Source: an uncultured Planctomycetia bacterium (GTDB taxonomy: Bacteria; Omnitrophota; Gorgyraeia; Taenaricolales; CAZCCH01). Taken from it: 64,000 bases of DNA. Each line of letters opens with the position of its first letter. The stretch's first letter is position 1. Positions 9,619-19,900 of this stretch are shown piece after piece. The notes below the pieces were generated by a model. That model saw only the letters and a list, made by a program, of their open reading frames with translations, did no database searches and had not been told where the DNA came from. Made by a program: the position numbers and the translations under genes. The stretch covers positions 17,519-81,518 of the forward strand of contig CAZCCH010000002.1 in assembly GCA_964497315.1 (NCBI GenBank), in the 5' to 3' direction.

Positions 9619-11018
9619 GATTTAGTTACCCTGTAATCATCAAATGGAATTCTTTTATTCTTCAATACCTGATAGTTCTCATGACCTTTGCCTGCTATAA
9701 GAACACAATCATCCTTTTTGGCTGTGTCAATAGCCTCTTTTATTGCCTGTCTTCTATCTAATATAACCTTGTGTGCATCTGATGAGTCTATACCAACTAA
9801 AATCTCATCAACTATAGATTCTGCAGATTCTGTCCTTGGATTGTCATTTGTTATAAAAACCATATCGGAAAGTTCACTGGCAGCCTTACCCATCTTAGGC
9901 CTTTTGGACTTATCCCTGTCTCCACCACAACCAAAGACAGTAAGAATTCTCCCCTTACATATTTCACGAAGGGATGATAGGACATTTCTCAAGGCATCTT
10001 CTGTATGTGCATAGTCAATGAAGACTGAAAAAGGCTGACCGCATACTACTTGCTGCAACCTCCCAGGAACAATTTTTAGGCCTTCTATGCCTTTTTTAAT
10101 GTGTTTAAGGCTTATATCTTGACTTAGGCTACATGCTATGGCTGCTAGTATGTTATAGATGTTGTGCCTGCCGAAAAGTGCGCTTTCTATTTCTACTTCT
10201 CCCTTTATCGTATCCACAGTCAAGCTTAAACCTCCAAGGTGGGTACGGACATCCTTTAGGTTTACATCTGCTTTTTTAGATATAGAATATGTAAACCTCT
10301 TACAGGAAATCTCTTTAAAAAGTGTCCTACCAAAATTATCATCTATATTTAATATTGCAAAAGAATGTTTTGGAAGATTCTTGAAAAGCTTAGCCTTGGT
10401 ATCTTTATAATCCTGCATTGAGTTATGGTAATCTAGGTGCTCTCTTGTTATATTAGTAAAAACTGCACTATTAAATTTTAGGCCCTCTATCCTGCCCTGA
10501 TGTATCGCATGTGAAGAAACTTCCATTACAACTGAATCCGCACCTTTATGGGCCATAGTATTTAAAAAGGAATGCAATTCTAAAACTCCGGGTGTTGTGT
10601 TTTTCGCCTCAATAGAATGAGTTTTAAATCTATAATTTATAGTTCCTATTACACCGGGATTAAAATGCGCCTCTTTTAATATAGACTCAATTAAATAAGA
10701 AGTGGTAGTCTTGCCATTGGTGCCGGTAATGCCTATTAATTTTAAGTTAGTTAAGCCTTCTTTGTAGAAGTTTTTAGCTAATTTAACTAAAGCTTTCCTT
10801 GTATCTTTTACAACAATTTTTTTTACATCCTTACTACAAGGAAAGTCTTTCTCTGCTACTATGCACCTAGCACCATTTTGCATTGCTTCTTGTATAAAAT
10901 CATGACCATCTAAAGAATTACCTTTGATAGCCACGAACATAAAACCTTCCTTTATGTCCTTGGAATTACAGCTTATACCTTGTATCTCTAAATTTTTTAT
11001 TAAGTTATCAATCTTCAT
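9594..11018 (-). CDS. murE: UDP-N-acetylmuramoyl-L-alanyl-D-glutamate--2,6-diaminopimelate (or L-lysine) ligase
   Basis: 474 aa with the GITGTNGKTTT P-loop, a Mur ligase fold and a DNPR-containing C domain. Confidence 0.9.
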   Translation of the reverse strand: MKIDNLIKNLEIQGISCNSKDIKEGFMFVAIKGNSLDGHDFIQEAMQNGARCIVAEKDFPCSKDVKKIVVKDTRKALVKLAKNFYKEGLTNLKLIGITGTNGKTTTSYLIESILKEAHFNPGVIGTINYRFKTHSIEAKNTTPGVLELHSFLNTMAHKGADSVVMEVSSHAIHQGRIEGLKFNSAVFTNITREHLDYHNSMQDYKDTKAKLFKNLPKHSFAILNIDDNFGRTLFKEISCKRFTYSISKKADVNLKDVRTHLGGLSLTVDTIKGEVEIESALFGRHNIYNILAAIACSLSQDISLKHIKKGIEGLKIVPGRLQQVVCGQPFSVFIDYAHTEDALRNVLSSLREICKGRILTVFGCGGDRDKSKRPKMGKAASELSDMVFITNDNPRTESAESIVDEILVGIDSSDAHKVILDRRQAIKEAIDTAKKDDCVLIAGKGHENYQVLKNKRIPFDDYRVTKSCLQLKTY

Positions 11019-11124
11019 ATTAAGATCATTTAGGTTGCTTTAAAGATTTATAAATTCTTTACTAAGCACTTAAACCACAAATTTTCTTTTGTATCATTAT
11101 TTTAAAAACTTATAATACCGATGA

Positions 11125-12798
11125 TTACTTCGATTCTAGATAAGCAATAGATTCTTTAACAACATTTCCAAACGCAGGAGCTGCTACTAAACTTGCATAA
11201 TAAAAAGGTCTTGGTTCATCTACAATAACTATAACTGAAATCAAGGGATCATCGGCAGGTGCAAACCCTACAAATGAACTAATAAATTTAGAATGCGAAT
11301 ACCTGCCATCTTTAGCTACCTTCTGAGCAGTTCCTGTCTTGCCTGCTACGGGGTAACCTTCTATCTTAGCATTTTTCCCGGTACCTCTTTCAACAACACC
11401 TGTTAGAATACCAGTCAATTCTATCGCTGTTTTTCTATCTAGGACCCTTCTAACATAAAAGGTCTTAAAAGACTTTATTAGACCCCCTTTATCATCTATT
11501 ATGCGATCAACCATATAAGGCCTTACCATAACCCCTCGATTGGCTATCGCTGAAACCGCACAAACCATCTGCAAGGCAGTTACGGCTACTTCCTGCCCCA
11601 TTGGTATGGCACACATAGAAAGCCTTGACCAATCCTCAGGCTTCCTGATCATACCAATAGCCTCACCAGGTAAGTCAATACCAGTCTTCTCACCAAAACC
11701 ATAGGTTTTTATATAATTATATAGGTTTTTTTGACCCAAGTGTTGTGCGGCCTTTATGGTGCCTATATTGCTTGAGACTTCTATGATTTCAAAAAAATTC
11801 AACCAGCCATGAGGTTTATGATCATGCAAGGTATGACGGCCTATCTTGTATGCCCCGTTTTCACAAAAGATCTTTTCTTGTGGGTCTATTGAGTCTAAAT
11901 CTAAGATTGCTGAGGCAGTAATAACCTTAAAAACAGAACCAGGCTCATACATGTCAGTTATAGCCCTATTACGCCTGGACTCTGACTCTGATCTTTCAAA
12001 TATGTTCGGATCATAGGTAGGCCTATTGGCCAAGGCTAGTATTTGACCATTTCTTGGATCCATAGCGATAATAGTTGCTGCCTTTGGACTAAAATCCTCA
12101 TAAATTCTATCTAATTCAGTTTCTACAATGTGTTGTATTGCCTCATCTATGGTAAGAACAATATTATGCCCCTCAACTGCAGGTACAAAGTTTTGCTGCA
12201 TAAAAACCAATTCCCGCAGCTTTGCATCCCTCTTTGTAATCTTAAAACCTGGTTGTCCTTTTAAGAATTCATCATAGACAAGTTCTATACCTTCTAGGCC
12301 AACATTGTCCAATCCTGCAAAGCCTAATACATGTGAGCCTAATTCGCCATTTGGGTATACCCTCTTAGGTTCTTTTATTACCCCAAAAGCCCTAGGGTTT
12401 AGCTTGGTTATTTCTTTAGAGATATCATCAGATGTCTTTCTCTTTAGCCAAACAAATGAAGCATCCTTTGTAAGTCTTCGTAAAACCTCAGCTTCCTTCA
12501 TGTCCAAAATCTTAGATAATTCTCTACTTGTAAGCTGGGGGTCTTTTATTCTTTTAGGATTTACGTAAACAGAGTCCATATTTAGGCTAGTTGCAAAAAT
12601 GCGCATGTTCCTATCATAGATATCTCCCCTTTTAGGTTCTGTACGTACCATCATGCTATGCTGCTTATTAGCAACATCGCAAAGATAGTCTGATCTAAGC
12701 AACTGAATATAAAAAAGGCGTACAGTCAAGCAAGAAAGTACGCCAAAAAGAAAAACAAAAATCAAACAGGCCCGTTTGTTGTAGGAGAGTCTGCCCAT
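11125..12798 (-). CDS. ftsI: Peptidoglycan D,D-transpeptidase FtsI (class B PBP)
   Basis: 557 aa. It has an N-terminal TM anchor, a PBP dimerisation domain and a transpeptidase domain (SVFK active-site motif, KTGTA). Confidence 0.9.
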   Translation of the reverse strand: MGRLSYNKRACLIFVFLFGVLSCLTVRLFYIQLLRSDYLCDVANKQHSMMVRTEPKRGDIYDRNMRIFATSLNMDSVYVNPKRIKDPQLTSRELSKILDMKEAEVLRRLTKDASFVWLKRKTSDDISKEITKLNPRAFGVIKEPKRVYPNGELGSHVLGFAGLDNVGLEGIELVYDEFLKGQPGFKITKRDAKLRELVFMQQNFVPAVEGHNIVLTIDEAIQHIVETELDRIYEDFSPKAATIIAMDPRNGQILALANRPTYDPNIFERSESESRRNRAITDMYEPGSVFKVITASAILDLDSIDPQEKIFCENGAYKIGRHTLHDHKPHGWLNFFEIIEVSSNIGTIKAAQHLGQKNLYNYIKTYGFGEKTGIDLPGEAIGMIRKPEDWSRLSMCAIPMGQEVAVTALQMVCAVSAIANRGVMVRPYMVDRIIDDKGGLIKSFKTFYVRRVLDRKTAIELTGILTGVVERGTGKNAKIEGYPVAGKTGTAQKVAKDGRYSHSKFISSFVGFAPADDPLISVIVIVDEPRPFYYASLVAAPAFGNVVKESIAYLESK

Positions 12799-12813
12799 AT
12801 TCGTTTTAACCTC

Positions 12814-13185
12814 TTACTGGTTCGCTTCTGCCTCGGAGCTTAAGCTTAAAAACGCCAGTAGGTTTGAAAAAGGATTTGTATTTTTAAGTTCAGTAGGTGA
12901 CGGTATTACTGATTTTTCTTTGGCCAGAATAATTGTCTTTTTATTATTAAGACATGAAAAGTCACTTTTCTCTGCTAAAAGAAGAGTTTGCTTGAGATTT
13001 TGGGGACTTTCTAGGCTAGCAACATTATATAACAATCCTTGCCTTTGGTCAAGGGCCTGGGTAATGGAAAGTTCTTGGTGCTGTATTTGATAACTTACCT
13101 TGGCAATTTCAACCTGCTGATGCACCAAAATCAAAGATATAGAGGTGATAAGTGCGATGATTACGAAAATCCTAGCTAGATTCAT
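12814..13185 (-). CDS. ftsL: Cell division protein FtsL-like (small bitopic membrane protein)
   Basis: 123 aa with a single N-terminal TM segment and a coiled-coil region. It sits between rsmH and ftsI, the canonical FtsL slot. Confidence 0.5.
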   Translation of the reverse strand: MNLARIFVIIALITSISLILVHQQVEIAKVSYQIQHQELSITQALDQRQGLLYNVASLESPQNLKQTLLLAEKSDFSCLNNKKTIILAKEKSVIPSPTELKNTNPFSNLLAFLSLSSEAEANQ

Positions 13186-13205
13186 TGTCCACCTCCATTA
13201 AAAGT

Positions 13206-14096
13206 TTATAAAGCCATAACTGCTCTTAACATGCCACTGCGCGCCCTTGGATTTTGCTTCACCTCCTCCCATGCAGGCCGTATCGGTTTCTTGGTAAGTA
13301 TCTCTACAACTCCTAGTTGTGAAAATTTTTTAAATCTTTGCTTTACAATCCTGTCTTCTAAGGAATGAAAACTAATTATGCAAACACGCGCTCCGGGTTT
13401 TAAGAATTTAGATATCTTATCTAACCCAGCCTCTAATGCTGCTAATTCTTGATTGACGGCTATCCTAAGTGCTTGAAATGTCCTAGTTGCAGGATGAATC
13501 TTTCCCCGTCTGGAACCTCTGTATGGAATTGAGCGCATTATTAAATCCCTTAGCTGAATTGTCGAATCAATGGGGGCTATCTTTCTTTGCTGAACTATTT
13601 TTCTTGCTATGCGCCTGTGCCATCTTTCCTGGCCAAATTTAAACAATATCTGATCTAATTCTTGTTCTGTTAGATAATTTACGAAATCATAGGCACATAA
13701 TTTTGTTTTTAATCTATCGAAGCGCATATCCAGGGGGCTTTCTTGTTGAAAGCTAAAACCACGTTCTGGATCCTCTAGTTGCTCTGAAGAAAGTCCCAAG
13801 TCAAAGAGTGCACCATCTATTTTTTGTATGCTTAGTTTTTCTAAAACTTTATCAACGTTACGAAAATCTTCATGGATAAACTCACAACGTTTAGAAAACT
13901 TTGATAATTTTTTTCTTGTTCTCTCTAGGGCATTTTTATCTCTATCTATACCAATAAGCTTACCTTCCTCACCAATAAGCTCTAGAATCCTTTCACTATG
14001 CCCACCGCTGCCTATCGTGCAGTCGACGATTATATTGCCCTTCTTTGGATTTAGTATGCTTAAGATTTCTTTACACATAACTGGTATATGACCCAT
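13206..14096 (-). CDS. rsmH: 16S rRNA (cytosine1402-N4)-methyltransferase RsmH (MraW)
   Basis: 296 aa with the GHIPVM start, the CTIGSGGHS SAM-binding motif and an FDLGLSS motif. Confidence 0.9.
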   Translation of the reverse strand: MGHIPVMCKEILSILNPKKGNIIVDCTIGSGGHSERILELIGEEGKLIGIDRDKNALERTRKKLSKFSKRCEFIHEDFRNVDKVLEKLSIQKIDGALFDLGLSSEQLEDPERGFSFQQESPLDMRFDRLKTKLCAYDFVNYLTEQELDQILFKFGQERWHRRIARKIVQQRKIAPIDSTIQLRDLIMRSIPYRGSRRGKIHPATRTFQALRIAVNQELAALEAGLDKISKFLKPGARVCIISFHSLEDRIVKQRFKKFSQLGVVEILTKKPIRPAWEEVKQNPRARSGMLRAVMAL

Positions 14097-14107
14097 AAAC
14101 CTTATTG

Positions 14108-14548
14108 TTATTCTAGCTCCATTAATCTCTCAGCAGTTTCCTCAAAGGTTTCCTTGTTCGATTCATAAAACTCAAGCCAGCGTTCCTTTGCCCAAACTTC
14201 AATCCTATTTGAAACACCTACGATCATTACATCACGCTTGATGTTGGCAAATTGTTTTAAGTAAGTAGGCATAAGTATTCTTCCTTGTTTGTCACACGTT
14301 AATTCACACGCACCGGAAAAATACATCCTGTTAAACTTCCTGGCTTCTTTTTTGGTAAAAGACATTGCCTTGAATTTTTGTTCTTGTGTTTTCCACTCAT
14401 CTTCTGTAAATAAAAAGAGGCAGCCATCTAATCCCCTAGTAATATAGAATTTCTCTACATAGTGCTCTTTAAACACCTGCCTCAGTTTTGAGGGGATTAT
14501 CAATCTGCCTTTTCTATCTATATTATGTTCATATTCACCATAAAACAT
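14108..14548 (-). CDS. mraZ: Transcriptional regulator MraZ
   Basis: 146 aa made of two tandem MraZ repeats (DxxxR-containing). It is the first gene of the dcw cluster. Confidence 0.9.
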   Translation of the reverse strand: MFYGEYEHNIDRKGRLIIPSKLRQVFKEHYVEKFYITRGLDGCLFLFTEDEWKTQEQKFKAMSFTKKEARKFNRMYFSGACELTCDKQGRILMPTYLKQFANIKRDVMIVGVSNRIEVWAKERWLEFYESNKETFEETAERLMELE

Positions 14549-14602
14549 ATTAACCTGCCTCGCAAAAAACTTTTTTAATGTCTATCAAAATCTAGGGAAA
14601 AA

Positions 14603-14691
14603 ATATGGATGCGCCCTATTTAATTTATGCGACGTATGCCGCTATTTTTAGCCTCCCCGACAAAGGCAAATTGTATTGGGCGCATCCATAT
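14603..14691 (-). promoter_or_regulatory. 14-bp perfect inverted repeat in the mraZ 5' leader
   Basis: The arms ATATGGATGCGCCC (14603-14616) and GGGCGCATCCATAT (14678-14691) are separated by a loop of about 61 nt. They lie between the Pmra/MraZ boxes and the mraZ start codon. Confidence 0.4.
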
Positions 14692-14700
14692 GGATTTTCT

Positions 14701-14728
14701 CCACTTCGCTCCACTTTGCTCCACTTAC
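14701..14728 (-). promoter_or_regulatory. MraZ operator: three GTGG direct repeats with 10-bp periodicity
   Basis: The minus strand reads GTGGAGCAAAGTGGAGCGAAGTGG. This matches MraZ boxes (AAGTGG-type direct repeats spaced one helical turn). It lies immediately downstream of the predicted -10 element. Confidence 0.65.
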
Positions 14729-14735
14729 ATATCCA

Positions 14736-14764
14736 AGTATATACAATTATGTTTACTTTGTCAA
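14736..14764 (-). promoter_or_regulatory. Sigma70-type promoter of the mraZ/dcw operon (Pmra)
   Basis: The minus strand reads TTGACA (14764-14759), a 17-nt spacer, then TATACT (14741-14736). It lies upstream of the MraZ boxes and the mraZ start. Confidence 0.55.
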
Positions 14765-14870
14765 GAGAAAAATTCAACTTTTTTTTGTGTATACTATATA
14801 GTGTGGTCTTTGGGAAGTGTTATAGGAATATTTTGTGGTGGGGTGAAAAAAAATAATTACAGAAAATAAA

Positions 14871-15211
14871 AAGGAGTAGGTTCGATAAGCCGAATTCTGT
14901 CGTGGATGGTCATCTGTCTTGCCTCAAACGTTACCATTTGAGGTCGTCTCTTTTAATAAAGAGGTAGCAGCCTACCCGGAACTTTTCTAACGGTGCGGGT
15001 AGCACCTCGTCCCCTATTTGGCCTTGCTCCGCGTAGAGATTGCCTCGTTTCACCCAAATTTGCAAAGCAAATTCGACTCGTCTCTGTGGCTCTAATCCGT
15101 CCGCCACTCTTTGTGGCGGAGGTGGGTGTTACCCACTACGCTACCCTGTGGAGTCCGGACTTTCCTCCCTACCCCTTATGGGGTAAGGCGACCATCTCAA
15201 ACCTACTCCTT
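14871..15211 (-). ncRNA. rnpB: RNase P RNA (bacterial type A)
   Basis: The minus strand contains the universally conserved GGAGGAAAGTCCGGACTCCACAGGG (P4 region). It also has GGAGCAAGGCCAAATAGGGG, GGGTAGGCTGC and GACCATCCACGACAGAATTCGGCTTATCG, which match the E. coli rnpB conserved blocks. A P1 helix forms between AAGGAGTAGGTTT at the 5' end and GAACCTACTCCTT at the 3' end. Confidence 0.85.
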
Positions 15212-15652
15212 AGATAAATTTATAGGTGCATTTGAAGTTGCTTTTTTCTTGGTTTCTTTTATTGCCTTAGTTGCCAGTTTATCTGCACCTTTATTTTTAT
15301 CTCTTGTTATATGAAAGATCCTAACTTCTTCAAAACCCTTAGCAAGATAAAGTATCTTTTCATACAAAGGTTTTAAATTAGAATTCTTAACCTTGTATTC
15401 TTTGTTAAGTTGTTTAGCCAATAATTCACTGTCTGTATTAATATGAACTGACTCTGCTTTTAATGTGCTTGCTTCTTCTAATGCGCATATTGCAGCAGTA
15501 TATTCAGCGATGTTGTTTGTTGTCTCTCCTACATACTTTGAGATATTTTTTAATACTTGACCTGAAGTGCTACATACAATTACCCCAATGCCTGCAGGGC
15601 CTGGGTTTCCAGAGGCTGCTCCATCTATATAAATAGTAAGTTTTTTTGAAGT
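15203..15652 (-). CDS. rnhA: Ribonuclease HI
   Basis: TIYIDGAASGNPGPAGIGVIV...TNNIAEYTAAI...HINTDSELLAKQL...RDKNKGADKLA is a canonical RNase H type 1 fold with DEDD catalytic residues. The ORF track starts it at 15712, but a start at MTSKK (15652) better fits the family and avoids overlap with the upstream gene. The stop codon lies inside the rnpB P1 helix. Confidence 0.8.
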   Translation of the reverse strand, partial: TSKKLTIYIDGAASGNPGPAGIGVIVCSTSGQVLKNISKYVGETTNNIAEYTAAICALEEASTLKAESVHINTDSELLAKQLNKEYKVKNSNLKPLYEKILYLAKGFEEVRIFHITRDKNKGADKLATKAIKETKKKATSNAPINLSKE

Positions 15653-15654
15653 CA

Positions 15655-16404
15655 TTAACTGCTCGCTGGTTGTTCGGTATCGTCTTTTTCTAGATATAAA
15701 ATCCTGGTGCAATTCTCACATATAATTATACTATTGCGTAGTTTTATTTCATTAATAACCTGAGGCGGTAAATTCATATGACACCCCTGACAGGCATGCC
15801 CTTCTGCTGAAACCAAAGCAAGACCATCTTTATTCTTCAATACCCTCTCATATTTAGCAAGAATGGATTTTTCGATCCCAGGAGTCATCGTTTCCCTTTG
15901 AGCATTAAGCTGCGTAAGGTTTTTTTCGATATCAGCAAGCTTAAGCTTTACTTCTTCTCCCTTGACCTTTAATTCTTTTTCCTTTTCTGTTACGCCTTGC
16001 TTTACATCATCTATTTCTTTTTTAGCTTTATCCTGCTCTTCCATCATCAGAAGGATTTCTTCTTCAAGGACAGAATTGTCTGCCTTTAGACCTTCTATCT
16101 CTTTTTGCATTGCAGTGTATTCTTTATTCGTCTTTATCTGAAAAAGTTGGGTTTGTAACTTTTTAATATTCTCTTCTTTTGAGGCTAAATCAATTTCCTT
16201 ATCTTTTCTTTTTACCTGCAAGGCCTTTAAATCATCCTCTGCATCTTTAATCTTTAGCTTTTCTTCTTCTGCGATTTCCTTCAATTTCTCAAACATTCTA
16301 GGTATCTCTTCTTTCTCTCTACACAATGCATAAATCTGCGTATCTATTTTCTGTAAGTTTATGAGAGTACCTATTTGAGATGAATAGTCAATTTGTTCTT
16401 TCAT
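15655..16404 (-). CDS. Zinc-ribbon coiled-coil protein (COG1579/DUF164-like)
   Basis: 249 aa with a long coiled-coil followed by a C-terminal CxxC...CxxC zinc ribbon (HACQGCHMNLP...CENC). Confidence 0.7.
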   Translation of the reverse strand: MKEQIDYSSQIGTLINLQKIDTQIYALCREKEEIPRMFEKLKEIAEEEKLKIKDAEDDLKALQVKRKDKEIDLASKEENIKKLQTQLFQIKTNKEYTAMQKEIEGLKADNSVLEEEILLMMEEQDKAKKEIDDVKQGVTEKEKELKVKGEEVKLKLADIEKNLTQLNAQRETMTPGIEKSILAKYERVLKNKDGLALVSAEGHACQGCHMNLPPQVINEIKLRNSIIICENCTRILYLEKDDTEQPASS

Positions 16405-16414
16405 ATTTAACTAT

Positions 16415-16490
16415 GGTGGGCAATAGAGGATTCGAACCTCTGACCTCGTGCATGTGAGGCACGCGCGCTAACCGACTGCGCCAATTGCCC
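16415..16490 (-). tRNA. tRNA-Val (anticodon CAC)
   Basis: The reverse complement folds as GGGCAAT/ATTGCCC acceptor, GCGC/GCGC D-stem, CGTGC-CTCACAT-GCACG anticodon arm, AGAGG-TTCGAAT-CCTCT T-arm, and encoded CCA. It is 76 nt. Confidence 0.9.
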
Positions 16491-16508
16491 CTATAAATAG
16501 AATAACTA

Positions 16509-16583
16509 TGGTGGGCCCAGAAGGATTTGAACCTCCGACCAAGTGATTATGAGTCACCTGCGCTACCGCTGCGCTATGGGCCC
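16509..16583 (-). tRNA. tRNA-Met, elongator type (anticodon CAT); tRNA-Ile2(LAU) cannot be excluded
   Basis: The reverse complement folds as GGGCCCA/TGGGCCC acceptor, GCGC D-stem, GGTGA-CTCATAA-TCACT anticodon arm and GGAGG-TTCAAAT-CCTTC T-arm, with encoded CCA. It has no 3xGC anticodon stem, so it is not the initiator. Confidence 0.85.
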
Positions 16584-16640
16584 ATTTAGTAGTGTTTCAG
16601 TAAAATTGGATTATACCAGATTTAGGTAGGGTTGTAAAGG
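16547..16640 (-). repeat. Direct repeat copy 1: tRNA-Met 5' half plus its promoter, duplicated at 21478-21562
   Basis: About 90% identity to 21478-21562. The second copy lacks 11 nt (CCGCTGCGCTA) in the D-arm. Confidence 0.85.
16610..16638 (-). promoter_or_regulatory. Sigma70 promoter of the tRNA-Met/tRNA-Val operon
   Basis: The minus strand reads TTTACA (16638-16633), a 17-nt spacer, then TATAAT (16615-16610), about 25 nt upstream of the tRNA-Met 5' end. Confidence 0.7.
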
Positions 16641-16647
16641 GGGATTT

Positions 16648-16932
16648 TTAGTGTCTTTTGGTGTTTTCGTAGTTCTTTCTTAAAATCCTGATAAATCTAA
16701 TAAGAAGATAAAGAGGGTAATAAATAAATGCTAGCCTGACACCAGCACCAAAAAGCAAAGCAGACATTTTATTATCAAAATAAGGATATGGGTTTTTTAA
16801 AAAGATCTTTGTGAAGTATTCAAAGTGATGTCCTGTTGGAACAGCTATCCATACAAGTGCAATGCTAACAACCATAGCAGCAAAAACAATATAAGCTTCT
16901 CTTTTTATGATTCTTTTTAGTTTTTTATCCAT
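16648..16932 (-). CDS. Small hypothetical membrane protein (two predicted TM helices)
   Basis: 94-aa ORF with host-like low GC and two hydrophobic segments. I recognise no family. Confidence 0.45.
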   Translation of the reverse strand: MDKKLKRIIKREAYIVFAAMVVSIALVWIAVPTGHHFEYFTKIFLKNPYPYFDNKMSALLFGAGVRLAFIYYPLYLLIRFIRILRKNYENTKRH

Positions 16933-16991
16933 TTAAACACTTCCTTATGCAATATTATACTGCTACAAGGATATGGAAGTCAAGGTAGGTA

Positions 16992-19900
16992 TTATGCTCC
17001 TGTTTTTGTTTCTTTATGGGACTTTAGCTCTTCAAGGAGTTGTAGTGTTTCTTCTGTGATATAGTGAATTTCATCAATAAATGCAGGTAGAGTTCTTAGC
17101 TCTGTAGCAATAAGTCTAATTAAGATTAAACCTCTTCTGCGTAATTCTTCGGCTGCTTGCTCAATAGTTTCACAAAGAATAACAAGCTCATATCCTAGGG
17201 CTGCATTTAATATATCAACATCTCCTTTAAGATGTGCAGTGTCTCCTGTTATGGCAATTGTTGTACCTTTAGGTAGTTCTAGGTCTTGTAGTGCAGGTAG
17301 AATGTTTTCACCAAGGGGTGATTCTATTATTAGACCTGTGGATAGGTTTTTAAAGTCACCAAATAGGCTTTCAGCGAAGCGACTCAACAAGCCTTTTATC
17401 TTAGAAACCAATAACTCTGTTACCTTATTACATGCTTCATCAATACCTTCTAGCTCCCTATACCGTTCAGCCTCAGCTCCGTCCATGCCCATAGATGTCA
17501 GTATCGTTTTTATCTGTGGATATCTTTTTCTGACTTCCTTTGCTAATTTCGGACCTGCCTCGCTATCAATTTTACCGGTTTCTTCATCTAGCATATTTAA
17601 ATCTGCTACCATTAAGTGAGGAAGTATTTCTAATTCATCTAATTTCCTTAATGCATCTTGTGGGTTAACTGTCTCAATAACCTTATATCCTTCTTTAGTA
17701 AAACCTCTTACTAATCTCTCTCTCTGATCTCCATCATCTTCTACTAAAAGAATTCTTATAGGTTGTGCTCCATCCTGCTCAGTGAAGCGGGGTCTTTCTC
17801 CAGCTAACCGCTGTTCCGACCTTTCTATGCTGGCGAAAGGTCCATATTCTACATCTAACGGATTTACCTTACCTTTTATCTCACTAAATCTGGTCTCATT
17901 TTCTTCTCTTGGTACTTTTATGGATGGGGGTTCGTTGTTAGGAAAAGGTAAGGGCCAGATGAACCCAAGGTCGTAGAATAATTGCCTTGCCTCATCAGGC
18001 ATAAGGTATTTTAAATATACATATGCTTGAGAATCACCGCCTCCTTTTACACACTGACCGGAAAAGAATTCTGGGACAAAACTCCTCAATCCAGAGGCCA
18101 AAAGTACCATGTCGTTAACTACTATGGCATGAGAGAGCGACGTATATGCAGACCCAAAATGCCTATTATCTTTTGAAGTCTCGTATATAACTTCCAATAA
18201 ACGTCTGAACTTATCTGGGTATTTTTTAGATGATAACGCAATGCAATCGTGAAGTATTTCGTGAAGAATAATCCAGTCAATGTCAATTCCGCCTACCACA
18301 ACAACCCTTTGAAAGGGTCGTCCAAATTCCTTTTCTAAATACTCAAATGACTCCTTATTATGGGTATCGTCTCTGTTTATATATACCGCGGTACTAATAA
18401 TACCCATGGCGTCATATTTTGACAATAACCGCAGAATTTCCTTACAAATTGTTTCGTCTACAATCACCATTAGTCCTGGCTCCAAAAAACCCTCCCTAAC
18501 AATTCCTGTCGGCAAAAACTCCTCAGCCGCAAACAACCTTCTTGCCTTAGTAGTGCTGTGCATTCGCTCGCCGGTTTTTAAATGGTCCTGTCCAGAGCTA
18601 TTACTTTCTGAAAACCTGGCTTCTGCTTCTCGTGCCCTCTCTATTTTTTCATTATCATTCTGCTCAGTGAAGCGGGCCCTGCAGACAAATAATCGCCATT
18701 TGTCTAAAGATATTTCCGGAACTTCAACTATGGGCCTTTCACTATCAGTGTCATTTTCAGTCCTTTCTTTAAACCAGATGCTGCCAAGGACATGGTCTAT
18801 CACCGGTTCTATAGGTACCTCTACCCTTTCAGATTCATTTTCAGGTGAGAAAACTACTGCAGTAGAAATACCTCGATCTTGTTTGTTTCTTAACCAGGTA
18901 ACTACAGTTTGTTTTCTATTATATTCATCACTGGCCATCTCATTTAAATGCTCCACAAGAGACTTCACCAAGTCTACCTCGTGATACTCTACGCCTTCCT
19001 CCTCTATCAATAGCTCTTTAAAAACCTGTTCGGTAGTGGCATCTATAGTCATTCCCAACTCCGTTCTCCTTTTAAAAGCCGCCTTAACGTACTCCATTAC
19101 CAAATCAGGATCTATACCATCATCATCTGCCAATCTTCTTCTAAAATTCTGCAGATAAAACGCGAAGTTCACAATCTCTGCTAAGCTTGGCCTATCAATC
19201 TCTGCCTTATGTAAGGCTCTCCTAATCTTCATTAGTTCGTCTAAGCGTTCAGCTTCTATATCCCATTCTCCATCTAATACATCTTCGAATGATTCTTTGG
19301 CGCGGACATTGCAGGCCTGAACCATTCCCCATGCTGCCTTCATTCTTACTGAAGAATGATTACTTTTATCTTTAAAGATTTCCTCCATGGCTTCATAGCC
19401 ATCATCCTCAAAACGGGCTAACGTATATGCAGCGTGCACATGTTTAGAAGAAGGTGTTAAAAGATGCCCTCTCATAAACTGTACTATTTCTTGAGCTATC
19501 TCCCTCTCTCTCCTGAGCATGGTTAAGGCCTCTGCAGCAAAAAGGGCTACATTTGCATTCCGGCCCACAGCTGCCCTTTTTAAGGCTTCCAGGGAACTGG
19601 GGTCACCTATATAACCTAAGGCTTCAGCTAGCCTGTAACGAAAGTCATCGATTCTTTCAGGCTTGGGCGTATCAGGTTCGTAAGAAGAAATGAGCGCTTC
19701 ATTCAGATGAGGTGCTACTGCAACGCCCTTTCTGACAAAAGAGGACATTGCCTCATGTTGAACATGCGCACTCCTATGGGCCAAGCACCTAAGCAATAAT
19801 CTGAGGGCTTCTTGGTCATCATATCCAGCTACAGTTCTCACAGCTGACACTAATGTGTCTGAATCGCCAGCACCTTCTGCTACAAGAGCTGCAATTGCCA

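Noticed and set aside
14605-15314. Several 60-83-aa ORFs lying upstream of mraZ and across rnpB.
   Set aside because: The region is better explained by the Pmra promoter, MraZ boxes and leader inverted repeat, and by the RNase P RNA gene with its conserved P4 and other blocks. Neither stretch has any coding signal.
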